DNA of 64,000 nucleotides from Oscillospiraceae bacterium (GTDB taxonomy: Bacteria; Bacillota; Clostridia; Oscillospirales; Oscillospiraceae), in NCBI GenBank assembly GCA_017516065.1, contig JAFWDQ010000024.1:2968-66967 (forward strand). The letters are read 5' to 3'. The notes below the pieces were generated by a model that worked only from the letters and a program-made list of their open reading frames with translations, was not told where the DNA came from and did not search any database. Positions within the stretch are counted from its first letter, which is position 1, and each line of letters starts with the position of its first letter. Below are positions 43,017-52,163 of the stretch, piece after piece. The position numbers and the translations under genes are program-made.

Positions 43017-44135
43017 CTATTCCTCCAGTATCTCTCCGATCAGACGGTTGGAGAGCAGAAAGCCCTCCGGCGTCAGATGCCAGCGGCCGTTCTCCTCCGC
43101 GGCCAGGCCCTGCCGCCGCCACGCGGCAAAGCATGCCTCCAGCGGGTCGAAGGGCATGCCGAAAGCGGTCTCGTACTCGTTCCGCTCCACGCCCTCTCTG
43201 AGCCGCAGCCGGAGCATCAGATACTCCCGCCGCCGCTCCGGCGCCTCCACCGCCTCATCCTCATCCAGGGTGAAGGTCCCCCTCTCCGCGTCCCGGAGGT
43301 AGCCCTCCAGATCCCGGGGCAGGGAAAACCGGCGGCCGCCGAAGTCCGAGTGGGCCCCGGGCCCGAAGCCCAGATAGGGCTGCCCGCGCCAGTAGCGCAG
43401 ATTGTGCCGGGACTCCCGACCGGGGCGGGCAAAGTTGGAGATCTCGTACTGTCGGTACCCCGCCTGCTCCAGCCGCCGGACCGCCCACAGGTACAGGTCC
43501 GCCTGGACGTCGTCGTCGGGCAGGGCAGCCCGCCGCTCGTACAGGGGCGTGCCCGGCTCCGCCTGGAGACCGTAGCAGGACAGGTGCTCCGGCGCAAGGG
43601 CCGCCGCCGCCTCCACGCTCTCCCGCCAGCGGGCCAGGTCCTGGCCCGGCAGACCGTAGATGAGGTCCAGGCTGAGATTGTCGAAGCCGGCCTCCCGGGC
43701 AGCCTCCACCGCCCGGACCACGGCGGCGGCGTCATGGGGCCTGCCCACGCTGCGCAGCTCGTCGTCCCGGGCCGACTGCATCCCCAGAGACAGTCGGTTG
43801 AAGCCGGCGCGCCGGAGCTGCCTCAGCCCCGCCGCCGTCACGCTGTCAGGGTTGGCCTCCACGGTGATCTCCGCCTCCGCCGTCACCCGATACCGCTGAA
43901 ACACGCCCTCCAGCAGGGCGCACAGCCGGTCCGGACCGTACCAGCTGGGGGTGCCGCCGCCTACATAGACCGTGTCCGCAGGCAGGTCCGTTGGCATGGC
44001 GTCCATCTGCCGGAGCAGGGCCCGGCCGTAAGCGTCCATCTGATCGCCGGCGCCGGCCAGAGAGTAGAAATCACAGTAATCGCACTTGCTGCGGCAAAAA
44101 GGAATGTGGATATAGAGCCCCACCGTCTGTTCCAT
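43017..44135 (-). CDS. hemW: radical SAM heme chaperone HemW (HemN-like, oxygen-independent coproporphyrinogen oxidase family)
   Basis: GLYIHIPFCRSKCDYCDFYS (CxxxCxxC). ATG at 44135 after AAAGGAGG. The 290-aa N-terminal extension in the ORF track is antisense to punA and is rejected. Confidence 0.9.
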   Translation of the reverse strand: MEQTVGLYIHIPFCRSKCDYCDFYSLAGAGDQMDAYGRALLRQMDAMPTDLPADTVYVGGGTPSWYGPDRLCALLEGVFQRYRVTAEAEITVEANPDSVTAAGLRQLRRAGFNRLSLGMQSARDDELRSVGRPHDAAAVVRAVEAAREAGFDNLSLDLIYGLPGQDLARWRESVEAAAALAPEHLSCYGLQAEPGTPLYERRAALPDDDVQADLYLWAVRRLEQAGYRQYEISNFARPGRESRHNLRYWRGQPYLGFGPGAHSDFGGRRFSLPRDLEGYLRDAERGTFTLDEDEAVEAPERRREYLMLRLRLREGVERNEYETAFGMPFDPLEACFAAWRRQGLAAEENGRWHLTPEGFLLSNRLIGEILEE

Positions 44136-44336
44136 CTCGCCGCCTCCTTTGTTTCCATGGCCCATCATAGCATACGGCGTCGGAAAAAACAACCGGAGGG
44201 CCCCTTCGGGGTCTCCGGGAGGAAAAACGGAAAAATTTACAATATCGAAACAAGAAACCGCAAGATTTACATTGCCATTTTCTTCAGATGGGTATAAAAT
44301 AGAGCGATAATGAATTTGCTCACTGGAGGAAACGAC

Positions 44337-45161
44337 GTGGACTTCACTCTGATGCAGTATATCGAAAGCGCCACCGCCATCCGGGCGTCTCTGGGGAGCT
44401 TTGCCCCGGAGATCCTGCTCATCCTGGGCTCCGGCCTCAGCTGGCTTGGCGACACCGTGGAGGACCCTGTCAAGGTCCACTTCGCCGACATCCCCCACTT
44501 CAGGCGCCCCACCGCGCCGGGGCATCCGGGACGGCTGATCTTCGGCACCCTGCAGGGCCGCCGGGTGGCCGTCATGCAGGGCCGCCTGCACCGCTATGAG
44601 GGCTATGACTTTGCCGAGATCGCTTTCCCGGTGCGGGTGCTGCGGCTGCTGGGGGCGGAGAAGCTCATCGTCACCAACGCCGCCGGCGCCGTAAATCTCG
44701 ACTTTCAGGCCGGGGATCTGATGCTCATCACCGACCACATCAAGCTCATCGGGGACAGCCCCCTCCGGGGCCCCGATCTGCCGGAGTTCGGTCCCCGCTT
44801 CCCCGACGCCACCCATCTCTACGACCCCGACCTGTGTCAGGCGGCCCGGGATGTCGCCGCGGAGCTGGAGATCCCGCTTCGGGAGGGCGTCTATATGTAT
44901 ATGCCCGGCCCCCAGTACGAGACGCCGGCGGAGATCCGGGCCATCCGGAGTCTGGGCGCCGACGCCGTGGGGATGTCCACCGTGCCGGAGGTCATCACCG
45001 CCGCCCACTGCGGGATGCGGGTGCTGGGCTTTACGCTGCTGTCCAACATGGCCGCCGGGATCCTGGATCAGCCCCTGTCGGAGCAGGAAGTCCTGGATGC
45101 CGGCGAGGCCTGCCGGGAGAAGTTCTCCCGGCTTGTGCTGCGGTGTCTGGAGCGGATGTAA
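44337..45161 (+). CDS. punA: purine nucleoside phosphorylase (PNP/PunA family)
   Basis: ILGSGL, VAVMQGRLHRYEGY and GADAVGMSTVPEV motifs. GTG at 44337 is 7 nt after GGAGG. ATG at 44310 is an alternative. Confidence 0.9.
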   Translation: MDFTLMQYIESATAIRASLGSFAPEILLILGSGLSWLGDTVEDPVKVHFADIPHFRRPTAPGHPGRLIFGTLQGRRVAVMQGRLHRYEGYDFAEIAFPVRVLRLLGAEKLIVTNAAGAVNLDFQAGDLMLITDHIKLIGDSPLRGPDLPEFGPRFPDATHLYDPDLCQAARDVAAELEIPLREGVYMYMPGPQYETPAEIRAIRSLGADAVGMSTVPEVITAAHCGMRVLGFTLLSNMAAGILDQPLSEQEVLDAGEACREKFSRLVLRCLERM

Positions 45162-45440
45162 TCAAATCGAAAACGCTGCGCTTCGACGGCACAGATTCCA
45201 TATCACTTGATTCCGCACAAGCGCGAAAGCAAACGCATTCCATTGTTGCGCCTCTCCAAACAAAAACCGCTTCGTTTGGTTTTTGTTTGAGCAAGGAGAT
45301 GCGGCGGAGTGATTTCGCTTTCCCGTATACGGGGAAGCGAAAGATGCGGAGCTTGCATCGACATGATACATGCTCCCGGAAAAAACGATCCGATTTGATT
45401 CGCGGCGAGCACATCGCAAACTCTGCGAGGCTTTTTGATT
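45162..45440. repeat. mosaic palindromic intergenic repeat, copy D
   Basis: The reverse complement of 45364-45391 is identical (28/28) to 3961-3988. m1 lies inverted at 45399-45431. TCGCTTTCCC-N6-GGGGAAGCGA (45315-40) has the same orientation as at 39663-88. CGAAAGCAAACGCATTCCATTGTTGCGCCT (45224-55) and CGGCACAGATTCCATATC (45187-204) are inverted relative to 39568-97 and 39721-38. Confidence 0.85.
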
Positions 45441-45462
45441 CCCCTCGAAAGGAGTACCCGAC

Positions 45463-47091
45463 TTGAACAAGCAAGCTGCAAGACAGAGTTTCCTCGGCGG
45501 CACCGCCACCCTGGCCGCCGCCGTCATCATCGTAAAGATCCTGGGTGCGCTGTATAAGATCCCCCTGACCAACGTCCTGGACGGCGACGGCATGGGGTAT
45601 TTTACCACCGCCTACAATATCTACAACCTGCTGCTGACCATCTCCACCGCCGGTCTGCCGGTGGCTCTGTCGAAGATGATCGCGGAGGCCAACACTCTGG
45701 GCCGCCAGAACGAGAAAAGGCGGATCTTCCGGGTGGCCCTGGCCACGTTCCTGGTGCTGGGCGGCGTCTGTACCTGCCTGATGGCCTTCCTGCCCCATCA
45801 GCTGGCCATGCTGATGAACAACTCCCAGTCCTGGTACGCCATCGTGGCTCTGGCCCCCGCCGTCATCGGCGTTTGCTGCGAGTCCGCCTTCCGGGGCTAT
45901 ACCCAGGGCCACGGGGACATGCGCCCCACGGCCTACTCCCAGGTCATCGAGTCTGTTTTCAAGCTGGTGCTGGGTCTGGCCATCGCCATCTGGATGCTCC
46001 GGGCCGGGTTCTCCGTGGCCCAGGCCGCCGGCGGCACCATCCTGGGCGTCACCACCGGCAGCATCGTCGGTATGCTCTATCTGATCGTCAACCATATGCG
46101 GCACCGCCGGAACAATCCGGTGGAGGCCACGGACGTCCCGCCCTCCCCGGGCCGGATCCTCGCCCGGATCCTGCGCATCGGCATCCCCATCATGCTGGGC
46201 TCCTCCGTGCTGGCCCTCATCACACTCATCGACACGAAGCTGGTCATGCTCCGGCTCCAGACCGCCGCGGGCTTCGACGAGGCAACCGCCAACTGGCTGT
46301 TCGGCGCGTACTCCTCCACCATGACCTTCTACAATCTGCCGGCGGCCTTCATCGTGCCCATCACCACCGCCGTGATCCCCGCCATCTCCGCCGCTCTGGC
46401 GGAGCGGGACAACGCCAATGTCATGCGTCTGGTCAGCGCCTCCTCCCGGCTCACCGCCCTGATCGCCTTCCCCTGCGGCATCGGACTGATGGTGCTGGCC
46501 GGACCCATCCTGCGGCTGCTGTATTTCACCAAGCCGGAGCTGTGCACCGCCGGCGAGCCGCTCCTTAAGGTGCTGGGCCTGGCCGCCATCTTCGTGTGTC
46601 TGATGCTGGTGACCAATGCCCATCTGCAGTCCTTCGGCCGGGTGATCATCCCGGTGTACACCATGATCATCGGCGGCGCCGCCAAGGTGGCGGCCAACTG
46701 GTTCCTGGTGGGCAATCCCGACATCGGCATCCACGGCGCCCCCATCGGCACCACCCTGTGCTTCATCATCATCACCGTCATCAACTTCGTCATCGTCGGC
46801 CGGATGCTGCCGGAGCGGCTCAAGGCCTTTTCGATCTTCGTCAAGCCTCTCATCGCCGCTCTGATCATGGGCGCAGCCGCCTGGGGCGTCTACGGCCTGT
46901 GCCTTCGGGTCCTGGCAAATCGGATCTCCTCGGAGTTCCTGCTCAATGCCGGAGCCGTGGTGGCGGCTCTCATCGTGGCCGTCATCGTCTATCTGATACT
47001 GATCGTCGTCCTCCGGGCCGTTTCCAGAAGCGAGCTGGAGGCCATGGGCAGCAAGGGCGCCAAGCTTGCAAAGCTCCTGCATCTGCGGTAA
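45463..47091 (+). CDS. MOP-superfamily flippase (YabM/SpoVB/MurJ-like)
   Basis: 542 aa, about 14 TM helices. N-terminus GTATLAAAVIIVKILGALYKIPLTNVLDGDGMGYF is typical of the SpoVB/MurJ-like polysaccharide biosynthesis family. Lies upstream of mazG, as yabM does in Bacillus. Confidence 0.8.
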   Translation: MNKQAARQSFLGGTATLAAAVIIVKILGALYKIPLTNVLDGDGMGYFTTAYNIYNLLLTISTAGLPVALSKMIAEANTLGRQNEKRRIFRVALATFLVLGGVCTCLMAFLPHQLAMLMNNSQSWYAIVALAPAVIGVCCESAFRGYTQGHGDMRPTAYSQVIESVFKLVLGLAIAIWMLRAGFSVAQAAGGTILGVTTGSIVGMLYLIVNHMRHRRNNPVEATDVPPSPGRILARILRIGIPIMLGSSVLALITLIDTKLVMLRLQTAAGFDEATANWLFGAYSSTMTFYNLPAAFIVPITTAVIPAISAALAERDNANVMRLVSASSRLTALIAFPCGIGLMVLAGPILRLLYFTKPELCTAGEPLLKVLGLAAIFVCLMLVTNAHLQSFGRVIIPVYTMIIGGAAKVAANWFLVGNPDIGIHGAPIGTTLCFIIITVINFVIVGRMLPERLKAFSIFVKPLIAALIMGAAAWGVYGLCLRVLANRISSEFLLNAGAVVAALIVAVIVYLILIVVLRAVSRSELEAMGSKGAKLAKLLHLR

Positions 47092-47235
47092 ATTCCTTTT
47101 CGGCGCTTCCTGTCGTCCGGCGTGCGGTTTTGTCCTGTTTTTTGTACTGAAATTCACTTCTGAGGGCAATTCTCGCTTAAAAATATTCCAAATATTCTGA
47201 AATATTCGAAAAGCTCTTGCAAAAGGTCGGATTAT

Positions 47236-48009
47236 ATGATAAATTTTGAGCGCAAAGAACTCTATGATGTCTATGACCTGGCCGAGCTGTTCCGTCTGCT
47301 CCGCAGCGAGGGCGGCTGTCCCTGGGATCGGGCGCAGACCCATGCCAGTATCCGCCGCAACATGATCGAGGAGGCCTATGAGGCCGCCGAGGCCATTGAC
47401 TCCGGCAGTCCGGACCGTCTCCGGGACGAACTGGGGGACGTGCTGATGCAGGTCGTCCTCCACGCCCAGATGGAGACGGAAACCGGCACGTTCTCCCTCA
47501 ACGATGTGGCCGACGGCGCCTGCCGGAAGCTTATCGACCGGCATCCCCACCTGTTCGGCGGCGCCGACGCGCCGGTGGACTGGGAGGAACTGAAGCGGCA
47601 GCAGCGCGGTCAGGCGCTCCAGAGTGACGCCATGGACGACGTCAGCCGTGCCCTCCCCGCTCTCTGGCAGGCTGACAAACTGCAGGCAAAGGCCGCCCGT
47701 ACCGGCTTCGACTGGCCGGATGCGCTGCGGGCCTGCAGCAAGATAGAAGAAGAAACGGACGAACTCCGCCGGGCCCTGCAGGGTGACGGCAACGTCCGGG
47801 AGGAACTGGGAGACCTGCTCTTTGCCGTGGTCTCCGCCGGCCGTCTGGCCGGCATCGACCCGGAGGAGGCGCTCTGTGCCGCCTGCGCGAAATTCCGCCG
47901 GCGCTTCCGCGCCGTGGAGGAAGCCGCCGCCGCCGGAGACAAGCCTATGTCTGACCTTACCCTTGAGGAATGGATCGCACGCTGGAAAGCGGCAAAAGAG
48001 AACTCCTGA
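47236..48009 (+). CDS. mazG: nucleoside triphosphate pyrophosphohydrolase MazG (tandem MazG domains)
   Basis: GGCPWDRAQTHASIRRNMIEEAYEAAEAID, ELGDVLMQVV and a second repeat EELGDLLFAVV. Confidence 0.92.
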   Translation: MINFERKELYDVYDLAELFRLLRSEGGCPWDRAQTHASIRRNMIEEAYEAAEAIDSGSPDRLRDELGDVLMQVVLHAQMETETGTFSLNDVADGACRKLIDRHPHLFGGADAPVDWEELKRQQRGQALQSDAMDDVSRALPALWQADKLQAKAARTGFDWPDALRACSKIEEETDELRRALQGDGNVREELGDLLFAVVSAGRLAGIDPEEALCAACAKFRRRFRAVEEAAAAGDKPMSDLTLEEWIARWKAAKENS

Positions 48010-48106
48010 TCGGCACACCTGCAAAATCGGGGCGTTTCGCCCGTTTCAGATAGATTGAGATATCTCCCGCATACACAATGTGCTACTTTTTTTTAGGAGG
48101 GCTACC

Positions 48107-48382
48107 ATGAACAAGGCTGAACTGATTTCTGTCGTCGCTGACAAGACCGCTCTGCCCAAGAAGGACACCGAGGCCGTTATTAACGCCGCGATCGACGCGA
48201 TCATCGCCGCGCTGGCCGAGGGTGAAAAGGTCCAGCTGGTGGGCTTCGGCGCTTTCGAAGTGAAGCAGCGCGCCGCTCGGATCGGTCGCAACCCCAAAAC
48301 CCGGGAGAGCATCGAGATCCCCGCCTCTCAAGCTCCCGTCTTCAAGGCCGGTAAGGCTCTGAAGGAAGCTGTCTGCAAGTAA
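48107..48382 (+). CDS. hup: DNA-binding protein HU
   Basis: [14 protein letters not shown]...[30 protein letters not shown] lies 8 nt upstream. Confidence 0.96.
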   Translation: MNKAELISVVADKTALPKKDTEAVINAAIDAIIAALAEGEKVQLVGFGAFEVKQRAARIGRNPKTRESIEIPASQAPVFKAGKALKEAVCK

Positions 48383-48399
48383 TCAGTCTTGCGCACACC

Positions 48400-48436
48400 G
48401 GGCGCAGGCGTGTTTCGCGCCTGCGCCCTTTTTCTT
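48400..48436 (+). terminator. intrinsic terminator of hup
   Basis: GGGCGCAGGCG-N7-CGCCTGCGCCC, followed by TTTTT. Confidence 0.8.
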
Positions 48437-48456
48437 TTCGGAAAGGAGCGTCATCC

Positions 48457-48726
48457 ATGCGGCTGGATAAGTATCTGAAGGTCACCCGACTCATCAAGCG
48501 GCGCACCGTGGCCAACGAGGTCTGCGACAACGCCAGGGTCACCGTCAACGGACGGCCCGCCAAGGCCTCCTATCAGGTGAAGGCCGGCGATATCATCGCC
48601 ATGACCTTCGGCACCCGCACCCTCAGAGTCCGGGTCCTGCTGACAGAAGAACCGCCCCGAAAGGAGCCGGCCCCCATGTATGAGGAGCTCGGCGGGGCGG
48701 ACGACGGCGGCGCGCCTTCCGCCTGA
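48457..48726 (+). CDS. S4-domain RNA-binding protein (YabO/Hsp15-like)
   Basis: MRLDKYLKVTRLIKRRTVANEVCDNARVTVNGRPAKASYQVKAGDII is an S4 fold. Its position after mazG/hup is as in Bacillus. Confidence 0.85.
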   Translation: MRLDKYLKVTRLIKRRTVANEVCDNARVTVNGRPAKASYQVKAGDIIAMTFGTRTLRVRVLLTEEPPRKEPAPMYEELGGADDGGAPSA

Positions 48727-48837
48727 GCAGTCAACGAGGCCTCCCCGGCGCGGGACAAAACGGTCCCGCACCCAAAGTTGAAACCGCGGAGGATTTTGAT
48801 TATAATAGAACCGGAAAAGAGTTTTCCTCAGAAAGGG

Positions 48838-50094
48838 ATGTTCACCATGACCGTCTTACAGGAACAGTGCACTCGTCTGCGGCAGGCGGCACGGGTACTG
48901 GCGCTGGCCGACACCGGGACAAGAAACCGGGCACTGCTGGCCGTCCGGGACGCCCTGCTGGCCGCCTCCGACGAGATCCTGGCCGCCAACCGGGAGGATC
49001 TGGAGGCCGGAAAGGCCGCCGGACTCACCGAGGCGCTGCTGGACCGTCTGGCCCTCAGCGAAAGCCGTATCGCCGGCATGGCGGAGGGCGTGGCTCAGGT
49101 GGCCCTGCTGCCGGATCCCGTCGGCGCAGTGCGGAACATGCGCACGCTGCCCAACGGGCTCATCGTGGGCCAGCGCACCGTGCCTCTGGGTGTGGTGGGC
49201 ATCATCTTCGAGGCCCGGCCCAACGTCACCGTGGACGCCGCCGCTCTGTGTCTGAAGACCGGCAACGCCGTGCTGCTCCGCGGCGGCAAGGAGGCCTTCC
49301 GCTCCAACACCGTGCTGGCGCAGGTCCTGCGCCGGGCCGTGGCGGACTGCGGTCTGCCGGAGGACTGCGTGGCCCTTGTGGCGGATACCTCCCGGGATTC
49401 CGCCCGGGAGATGATGGGCCTCACCGGTTATCTGGACGTGCTGGTCCCCCGGGGCGGCGCGGGTCTCATCCGCTCCGTGGTGGAGAACGCCCATGTCCCC
49501 GTCATCGAGACCGGCGTGGGCATCTGCCATATGTACGTCCACCGGGAGGCAGACCTGGACATGGCGGTCCGGCTGACGGAAAACGCCAAGTGCTCCCGGC
49601 CCTCCGTGTGCAACGCCATCGAGGGCCTGCTGGTGGACCGGGCCGTGGCGGAGACCGTCCTGCCCCGGATCCGGGCCGCTCTGGACGCCTGCCATGTGGA
49701 GATGCGGGGCTGTCCGGAGACCTGCGCCATCCTGAAGGACGGCGCCGTCCCCGCCGGACCGGACGATTACGACACGGAATTTCTGGACTATATTCTGGCC
49801 GTGAAGGTGGTGGAGGGCCTCGACGAGGCCATCGACTTCATCGCCGCCCACGGCTCCGGCCACTCGGAGGCCATCGTCACGGAGAACTACTCCGCAGCCC
49901 AGCGGTTCCTCAATGAGGTGGACGCCGCGGCGGTCTACGTCAACGCCTCCACCCGCTTCACCGACGGCTTTGAGTTCGGTCTCGGCGCGGAGCTGGGCAT
50001 CTCCACCCAGAAGCTCCACGCCCGGGGGCCCATGGGGCTGGAGGCCCTGACCACCGTCAAGCACATCATCCTCGGCAGCGGCCAGATCCGCTGA
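48838..50094 (+). CDS. proA: glutamate-5-semialdehyde dehydrogenase (gamma-glutamyl phosphate reductase)
   Basis: ANREDLEAGKAAGLTEALLDRL, VVGIIFEARPNVTVDAA and NASTRFTDGFEFGLGAE. Start at 48838 or 48847. Confidence 0.92.
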   Translation: MFTMTVLQEQCTRLRQAARVLALADTGTRNRALLAVRDALLAASDEILAANREDLEAGKAAGLTEALLDRLALSESRIAGMAEGVAQVALLPDPVGAVRNMRTLPNGLIVGQRTVPLGVVGIIFEARPNVTVDAAALCLKTGNAVLLRGGKEAFRSNTVLAQVLRRAVADCGLPEDCVALVADTSRDSAREMMGLTGYLDVLVPRGGAGLIRSVVENAHVPVIETGVGICHMYVHREADLDMAVRLTENAKCSRPSVCNAIEGLLVDRAVAETVLPRIRAALDACHVEMRGCPETCAILKDGAVPAGPDDYDTEFLDYILAVKVVEGLDEAIDFIAAHGSGHSEAIVTENYSAAQRFLNEVDAAAVYVNASTRFTDGFEFGLGAELGISTQKLHARGPMGLEALTTVKHIILGSGQIR

Positions 50095-50135
50095 CCGCCC
50101 CTCCCCACCGTCTGACAGAAAGGAGGCGTATCCCG

Positions 50136-51326
50136 ATGAAGCGACTGTGCCGGCGTCTGGCCGCATTTCTCTGCGCCCTTGCGCTGCTGCTCCCCTTCCC
50201 GTCCTTCGCCGTCAACACGGACGGCCTGTATTTCGTGGCGGTGAACGACGTGATCCTGGATCTGACGGCAGACAGCATCCCCATCTGGATGGGCGGACGT
50301 CTGTACGTCCCCACCACGGTGATGGAGTCCAGCTTCACCGGCGTCAATCTGGGCGTCTACGTCTCCAACAACCGCACCCAGGGCCTTGTGCTGCTGTACA
50401 ACAACAGCGGCTCCCTGAATTTCGACATCGCCGCCGGCACCTGTACGGACCAGAACAAGGAGAGCTATCCCTACTCCGCGCTGATCCGCAACGGCCGCAC
50501 CTATATCCCTCTGGCCTTTGTGACCGAATATTTCGGGCTGTCCTACGCCATCATGAACACTGAATATTTGCCGCTGCTGCGCATCACCAACGGCGCCCAG
50601 AAGCTCTCCAACAGTCAGTTTCTCAGCGCCGCCCAGTCCCCCATGCAGAGCCGGTACGACCGCTATATCCAGTCTGTCTCCCCGGCGCCGGTGACGCCGA
50701 CAGAACCGGTGACGCCCAGCAGTCCCGGCCCCTCGACTCCCAGCCCGGCGACGCCGACTCCTGTCCCCGCCCCACCGCCGGCCACAGCCACCGACACGGA
50801 GGATACCGGTGAGCCCGGTTCCGTGACGGTGCGGCTGGCCCTGCGCTGCGACGACGCGGCATCCCTGGAGGCCATGCTCAACACCCTGGACGGGAAGAAA
50901 GTCTACGCCCTGTTCCTGCTGGACCCGGCGCTTCCCGCCGCCCGGCCGGATCTCATGCGCCATCTCATCGGCGCCGGTCACCGGGCAGGCTTCTACGTGG
51001 CCGACGAGGCTGACTTCGGCGCCCTTCCGGCGGCCAATCAGGCCCTTTTTGACGCGGCCAGAACGGAGACCTTCATCGTCTCCTCTGCCGACAGCGCCCT
51101 GTGCGCCCGGCTCCGGGCCCAGCGTTGGTATGTCTGGCTGCCGGAGGTCTACGCCTCCGGCTCCTCCGCCAGCGCGGTACAGCAGAGCGCCTCCGCCGCC
51201 CTGAACCGGGCCGGCGCCACCCTGCGGCTGGAGCTGACCGGCAGCGGCGCCGCCGGCGCCCTTCCGGCGGTCCTCACCGCCCTCGGTCAGGAGACGTACC
51301 GCGTTTCCCCTGTCACGGAGAGCTGA
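50136..51326 (+). CDS. secreted protein: copper-amine-oxidase-N-like stalk domain, Pro/Thr linker, degenerate polysaccharide-deacetylase-like domain
   Basis: Signal peptide LLLPFPSFA. RNGRTYIPLAFVTEYFGL resembles the stalk domain. Linker PAPVTPTEPVTPSSPGPSTPSPATPTPVPAPPPA. LRCDDA resembles NodB motif 1, but the His motifs are unclear. Confidence 0.45.
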   Translation: MKRLCRRLAAFLCALALLLPFPSFAVNTDGLYFVAVNDVILDLTADSIPIWMGGRLYVPTTVMESSFTGVNLGVYVSNNRTQGLVLLYNNSGSLNFDIAAGTCTDQNKESYPYSALIRNGRTYIPLAFVTEYFGLSYAIMNTEYLPLLRITNGAQKLSNSQFLSAAQSPMQSRYDRYIQSVSPAPVTPTEPVTPSSPGPSTPSPATPTPVPAPPPATATDTEDTGEPGSVTVRLALRCDDAASLEAMLNTLDGKKVYALFLLDPALPAARPDLMRHLIGAGHRAGFYVADEADFGALPAANQALFDAARTETFIVSSADSALCARLRAQRWYVWLPEVYASGSSASAVQQSASAALNRAGATLRLELTGSGAAGALPAVLTALGQETYRVSPVTES

Positions 51327-51392
51327 TCTCCCGTTTTTCTGTTTACAACCGGGCGGCACATCCCGCTCCGGAACCAGTAAGGAGGAACATTC

Positions 51393-52094
51393 ATGCCGCA
51401 AAAGGTTTTGATCATCGAAGACGACACCCATATCGCCGAGCTGCTGCAGATGTATCTGAATAAAGAGGGCTTCGACGTCTCTATCGCCGGGGACGGCGTC
51501 CAGGGTGTGGAGCTGGCGGAACAGCTGCAGCCGGACCTGGTGCTGCTGGACCTGATGCTGCCGGGCATGGACGGCTGGTCCGTCTGCCGGAAGCTGCGGG
51601 AGACGTCCTCCGTGCCCATCATCATGCTCACCGCCAAGGGCGAGCTGGAGGACAAGGTCACGGGCCTGAATCTGGGCGCCGACGACTATATCGTCAAACC
51701 CTTCGAGATGAAGGAGGTCCTGGCCCGGATCCAGGCGGTCCTGCGCCGGACGGACCGGGACGGAACCTCCGCCCCAAAACGGCTGAATTTCGACCGGCTG
51801 ACGGTGGATCTGGACTCCTATGAACTGCTGGTGGACGGCAAGCGGGTGGACACACCGCCGAAGGAGCTGGAGTTGCTGTTTCATCTGGCCTCCTCCCCCA
51901 ACCGGGTCTATACCCGCAATCAGCTGCTGGACGAGGTCTGGGGCTTCGACTACTTCGGCGACTCCCGGACCGTTGACGTCCACATCAAGCGGCTTCGGGA
52001 AAAGCTGGAAAACGTCAGCCCCCTCTGGCGGCTGAAGACCGTCTGGGGCGTGGGCTACAAGTTTGAGCTTCTCTCCGAGCCCGGTCAGACGTAA
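51393..52094 (+). CDS. OmpR-family response regulator
   Basis: KVLIIEDDTHIAELL...DLVLLDLMLPGMDG and the ending KTVWGVGYKF. AAGGAGG lies upstream. Confidence 0.92.
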   Translation: MPQKVLIIEDDTHIAELLQMYLNKEGFDVSIAGDGVQGVELAEQLQPDLVLLDLMLPGMDGWSVCRKLRETSSVPIIMLTAKGELEDKVTGLNLGADDYIVKPFEMKEVLARIQAVLRRTDRDGTSAPKRLNFDRLTVDLDSYELLVDGKRVDTPPKELELLFHLASSPNRVYTRNQLLDEVWGFDYFGDSRTVDVHIKRLREKLENVSPLWRLKTVWGVGYKFELLSEPGQT

Positions 52095-52163
52095 CCGGGA
52101 CGATCCGCGGCGGATCCCTCCGCCGTCTCACCAACACTGTTTCCCACAAGGGGGGACCCCACC

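Noticed and set aside
43017-45008. 663-aa version of the hemW ORF. The 661-aa version of the ispE ORF (55840-57825) is a similar case.
   Set aside because: The conserved domains begin at internal ATGs with good RBSs (44135 and 56697). The upstream parts are antisense to, or an alternative frame of, punA and the DUF1015-like gene.
45031-48024. 997-aa minus-strand ORF covering the yabM-like flippase and mazG.
   Set aside because: Antisense to two well-supported genes. The sequence is Gly/Asp/His/Gln-rich with no motifs, and the ORF runs through repeat copy D. A GC-content artefact.
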